From: Candidatus Bathyarchaeota archaeon
GTDB lineage: Archaea > Thermoproteota > Bathyarchaeia > Bathyarchaeales > Bathycorpusculaceae
Direction: 5' to 3'
Assembly (NCBI GenBank): GCA_963780185.1
Contig: CAWABA010000007.1
Span: 1-64,000 of the forward strand
DNA: 64,000 bases
Positions 60,363-64,000 of the stretch are shown here, piece after piece. Made by a program: the position numbers and the translations under genes. The notes beneath the pieces were generated by a model. That model was not told the origin of the DNA. It saw only the letters and a program-made list of their open reading frames with translations, and searched no databases. Every line of letters begins with the position of its first letter. Position 1 is the first letter of the stretch.

Positions 60363-61304
60363 TTACATGAGGGCAATCATTACTATGACTGCGGCGACAA
60401 TTACGGGCAGGAAAATCTGCGATTTCTTGTTGAACGATGTGGCTTGTTGCTTCTTGTCTTTGCGTGCCAAGGTCATGAGGTAGACTGCTGAGCCTATGTT
60501 GTAGAGGAAGAGTATGTAAACTCCGATCATCATTCGGTCCGCTAAGGTAAGGTATCCTGTGGGCGGGATGCCGCTGATAAGTGAGAGATGGAAGGCTGTC
60601 GCCGAAAGCAGGGTCGTTATGCCGAGCGCCATCTTTTGGCTGTAATCTTCTGCCGCTAACGCGAACGCTAAGAGGCTGATGCCAGTGATGATTGAGATGG
60701 GCAGCACACTCTTGATTACTCCTGAAATTAGCGGTCTGCTAAGCGTCACGGCGAATTGGGGACGACTGAATGCTTGGTCACCGTACGAATGGGTTAGAAC
60801 TGTTGAAGTGATGTTTCCTGTGTTCCATCCCGAGAGGCCGCCTGCTGGCTCAATGTATGAAGTTGGGTCGATGTCGTAGATTAGTTGTGTGTTATCGAGG
60901 TTTTCATGTTCGAGTTCTATGAAGAGTGTGTGGCTTTCAAAGGGGTAGTTGGTGAAGTCGAATGTTTTAAGGAAGGTGCCTGTTACACGGTATTCAAGGT
61001 ATCCGCTGCTTGCATCAATCTGCTTTATCGTCGGTTCGCCGTTGATGAACTCAAATTGAGCGACATCGCTGGCGTTGATCTGTTGTGGGTTGAAGTTGAA
61101 CCAGAGGTAGAAATCAATTTGGTAATTGCTGTTTGCCAAGTTGATTGATTGAATGTCGATGATGTATACTCCAACCTGTATGTGCATAGGCGTTGAAGTG
61201 CTAGATGCTGTATCGCTGGTTTGACCATGCACATCCAACGCTACGAAGGACATAGCAACTGCTAAAATCATGAATAACGCTAAAGTTATGGCTAATTTTT
61301 TCAT
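60363..61304 (-). CDS. Pentameric ligand-gated ion channel-like protein (Pro-loop type)
   Basis: Signal peptide, IDFYLW, DFTNYPFE, four TM helices with GITTLLS and PPTGYLTLAD. Confidence 0.8.
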   Translation of the reverse strand: MKKLAITLALFMILAVAMSFVALDVHGQTSDTASSTSTPMHIQVGVYIIDIQSINLANSNYQIDFYLWFNFNPQQINASDVAQFEFINGEPTIKQIDASSGYLEYRVTGTFLKTFDFTNYPFESHTLFIELEHENLDNTQLIYDIDPTSYIEPAGGLSGWNTGNITSTVLTHSYGDQAFSRPQFAVTLSRPLISGVIKSVLPISIITGISLLAFALAAEDYSQKMALGITTLLSATAFHLSLISGIPPTGYLTLADRMMIGVYILFLYNIGSAVYLMTLARKDKKQQATSFNKKSQIFLPVIVAAVIVMIALM

Positions 61305-61557
61305 GGTGATTACCTTTTTGGATTTTCACGCTTTTCATTGCGTTTTATTTAAGGCTAACTCCGCATGGCGAGAAAAATTATCAAGCGTTGTCTGAATCTG
61401 AGTATCAAGCGGCTTAGCCTTAGCTGGGAATTGGTCCATGGCATTGGAAAATTTAGCCTAAATTAACGTCGGCGACAAAGAGGCTTTCTAATCTTTGCTT
61501 CATTCTTAGGAACCTTTATTTTTTCCGTCGCAAGTGTTTGGTGGCAGGTAACATAAA

Positions 61558-62769
61558 TTGGGCGTCAAAGTGACAAGCAGAGCTTCAAACATCGAGTACG
61601 CAATCAGAGACGTAATAGAACACACTACGCAGTTGGTAAAAGACGGCAGAAAAATCTATTACCTCAACATCGGCGACCCTGCAGCATTCGACTTTAAGAC
61701 TCCCCAAAACGTTAAAGACGCCCTTTGCGCGGCAGTACAAAAAGACGATAATTACTATTCACCCTCAGAGGGTCGGCTTGACTTAAGAGAAGCCATCGTG
61801 AGGAAAGAGAAAAAAGTCAACAACGTTGACATCACGGCAGATAAAGTGCTCGTGACCGAGGGTATTTCTGAAGGCATCCAGATGATTCTCGGAGCCTTAG
61901 TTGAAAAAGGCGACGAAATCCTTTTCCCAGGCCCAACTTACCCGCCTTACATTTCCTACACAAGGTTCTTCGACGGGACACCTGTCTCATATGAAACAAC
62001 CGAAGAGAAAGGTTGGCACCCAAACATTGACGATCTTAGAAGCAAAATCAACAAGAAAACCCGCGCCATCGTCATGATTAATCCCAATAACCCGACAGGT
62101 TCAGTTTACGACAGGAAAGAAATCACCCAAATACTCGACATAGCGGGAGAACATGACCTGCCAGTTATATGCGACGAAATCTACGATCAATTAACATATG
62201 AGAAGAAATTCTTCAGCGCTGCCTACCTCTCTAAGGATGTGCCAGTCATCGGGTTGAATGGGTTCTCGAAAGTTTATCAGATGACGGGTCTGCGGCTTGG
62301 CTACATGTACTTCAAGGGGGAAGGCGCAAAGCTTCAGGCACTCAAAGACGGCGTGGAGAAAGAGTGCCGAATCAGAATTTGCGCAAACACACCTGTGCAG
62401 ATAGCGGCGAATGCCGCGTTAACTGGACCGCAAGGGTTGGTTAAGGACACGGTTGAGCGTCTCAAGCAACGAAGAGACTTCGCGTGGAAACGCCTCAACG
62501 AAATCGAAGGCATAAGCACAACCAAACCTGAAGGCGCATTTTACATTTTCCCGAAGGTCCACGGCGTCGGCACAACATGGAAAACCGACATGGACTTCGT
62601 CGTTGACCTGCTAAAGGCAACAGGCGTACTCATAGTCAACGGTTCAGGCTTTGACCCAGTCTATGGCAAAGGACATGCCCGAATAGTTTTTCTGCCGCCG
62701 ATAGCTGAGCTGGAACAAGCCTTCGACGCATTGGAAGGGTTCATGAAGAAAAACAAAAGCAAAAAATAA
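61558..62769 (+). CDS. Class I/II aminotransferase (alanine aminotransferase-like)
   Basis: LNIGDP, INPNNPTG, DEIY, NGFSK, GAFYIFP. Confidence 0.92.
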   Translation: MGVKVTSRASNIEYAIRDVIEHTTQLVKDGRKIYYLNIGDPAAFDFKTPQNVKDALCAAVQKDDNYYSPSEGRLDLREAIVRKEKKVNNVDITADKVLVTEGISEGIQMILGALVEKGDEILFPGPTYPPYISYTRFFDGTPVSYETTEEKGWHPNIDDLRSKINKKTRAIVMINPNNPTGSVYDRKEITQILDIAGEHDLPVICDEIYDQLTYEKKFFSAAYLSKDVPVIGLNGFSKVYQMTGLRLGYMYFKGEGAKLQALKDGVEKECRIRICANTPVQIAANAALTGPQGLVKDTVERLKQRRDFAWKRLNEIEGISTTKPEGAFYIFPKVHGVGTTWKTDMDFVVDLLKATGVLIVNGSGFDPVYGKGHARIVFLPPIAELEQAFDALEGFMKKNKSKK

Positions 62770-62966
62770 AATCCTGCGAATCAAATCACCACATATTTTT
62801 TGGGGATTTATTTTTTCAGGCTGGATTCATTTCTTTGTCAGTTAAGTTTGTGCTCAAAAGTTGCACTCTTGAAAACAAGAATCTGTGCTATCGCACCGTT
62901 CTTCTATAGAATTAGGCTTCAATCTTTTTAGTATGAAATTGGGAAGTGAGCGGTTTAGACAATTAA

Positions 62967-63191
62967 TTAAGCGTTAATTTCTATCTGTTTTTCGCCGGCT
63001 TTCGCTTTGATTATCGTGGACAAGAGGTTGCCCATAAATTTGCTTGCGTTTAGAATTTCAATTTCCGCCGGTTTTCCCTTATCATCAAAGTTAACTATGA
63101 CAGCTCCATGTTCTTCGGCGTACGCTATTTGCTTCTTGCTTAAAACAATGCTTAGCGTATCGCCTACGCCGTCATAAGTTACCTTATTCAT
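62967..63191 (-). CDS. DUF2283-like protein (putative antitoxin)
   Basis: YDGVGDTL...DDKGKPAEIEILNAS. Confidence 0.8.
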   Translation of the reverse strand: MNKVTYDGVGDTLSIVLSKKQIAYAEEHGAVIVNFDDKGKPAEIEILNASKFMGNLLSTIIKAKAGEKQIEINA

Positions 63192-63453
63192 ATCGCTGCC
63201 TCTTAGCTGGATATAACGTAATCACCAAGATGCTATTATCCGTTTCTTCGTAAATAACTCTAAGTAAAAGCTCATCTGTAAGAGAAGATTGAGCGATTTT
63301 TCTGCCAAAATACCCTGAAATTAGACTTTCGGGCTGTTTGATTGTTTTGATGGCGTTGTCTGCGGTGACTCCTATTAGAACTAATCTTTTCAGTTTCTCT
63401 TTGGCGTGAGGAGAAAGGGCGATTGGCTTTTCTTTCTCATTCTTGGCGCTCAT
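63184..63453 (-). CDS. DUF4258-like protein (putative RelE-like toxin)
   Basis: SPHAKEK...LLRVIYEE...VITLYP; overlaps the DUF2283 gene. Confidence 0.75.
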   Translation of the reverse strand: MSAKNEKEKPIALSPHAKEKLKRLVLIGVTADNAIKTIKQPESLISGYFGRKIAQSSLTDELLLRVIYEETDNSILVITLYPAKRQRYE

Positions 63454-63600
63454 CTTGGTGTTGCCTTTTTAGAGTGTGCTGATTTCTTTTAACGTTTTTA
63501 CCTATAAGAACTTTTAAATAGGCTAGCCAGCGGTGGGTCCTAAAATATTTTTAAGGAATCATGTAATGGAAAAGGGGATTTAATTTGTAGCCCGATGATG

Positions 63601-63711
63601 CTCAGGATTCGACCCCTTCTACGGCAAGGGACACGCAAGGGTTGTTTTCCCGCCGCCCATCGCGAGCTGGAAGGATTCATGAAGAAAAGCAAAGCCGCGA
63701 AAAAAGCGTAG
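63601..63711 (+). pseudogene. Diverged duplicate of the aminotransferase 3' end
   Basis: Encodes SGFDPFYGKGHARVVFPPP...ELEGFMKK versus SGFDPVYGKGHARIVFLPP...LEGFMKK at 62644-62769. Confidence 0.85.
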
Positions 63712-63795
63712 ATTGCCGCGGCAACAGTTCCAAGATGCGGACGGTTCAATTTCCCGCCCTGCTCCAAATCTCAAATTTCGAAATTTTTTGAAGCA

Positions 63796-64000
63796 TCAGA
63801 TTGTGATGAGCACGACGCCAAGAACGGTTAGGGCTATGCTTGCAGCCAACTTGACGGATACGTGCTCGACTTCTTTGAGGTAGAAGTAGGCGAAAGCCAC
63901 GACGAAAAGAGGCTCAACCGCCAGCAACGGCGTCGTGATAGAGATTGTGCCGACGCTCAACGCGTAGAAAGCAAGTAACCAGCTGACGGCTTGACCCACG
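63796..64000 (-). CDS. EamA/DMT-family transporter (C-terminal part; runs off the window)
   Basis: ALSVG...PLLAVEPLF...LKE...LGVVLI. Confidence 0.8.
   Translation of the reverse strand, partial: VGQAVSWLLAFYALSVGTISITTPLLAVEPLFVVAFAYFYLKEVEHVSVKLAASIALTVLGVVLITI

Noticed and set aside
1-64000. CRISPR array or cas genes
   Set aside because: No regularly spaced 24-47 bp repeats with unique spacers and no Cas motifs seen

Overview
Archaeal chromosomal window. FEN1, proteasome beta, CDC48, Kae1/Bud32, EF-1beta, a TFE-beta-like gene and an arcadin-1-like gene suggest a TACK-group, Bathyarchaeia-like host (inference). The first ~20 kb is a mobile/defence hotspot around back-to-back tRNA-Leu(TAG) and tRNA-Thr(GGT) genes. 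An integrase-bearing element lies at the tRNA-Leu 3' end. Two further copies of the tRNA-Thr 3' end (5061-5099, 19807-19848) delimit two integrase-less cassettes: hicBA, and TIR plus an SF2 helicase-nuclease. Main finding: the TIR-domain gene is split by a nested 10.6-kb element (5418-16022) bounded by a 12-bp direct repeat with inverted arms. Precise excision would rejoin the N-terminal part (16881-16011) with an unannotated C-terminal part (5417-5173) that holds the presumed catalytic Glu, giving an intact 371-aa protein. This is a candidate excision-controlled defence switch, or an element that targets a defence gene. The nested element encodes two tyrosine recombinases and a fragmented helicase, and carries a candidate origin, a candidate structured RNA and an 85-bp repeat. 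20-64 kb is mostly housekeeping. Frameshifts even in kae1/bud32 suggest assembly indel errors, so pseudogene calls are tentative. All calls come from motif reading only; no searches were run.
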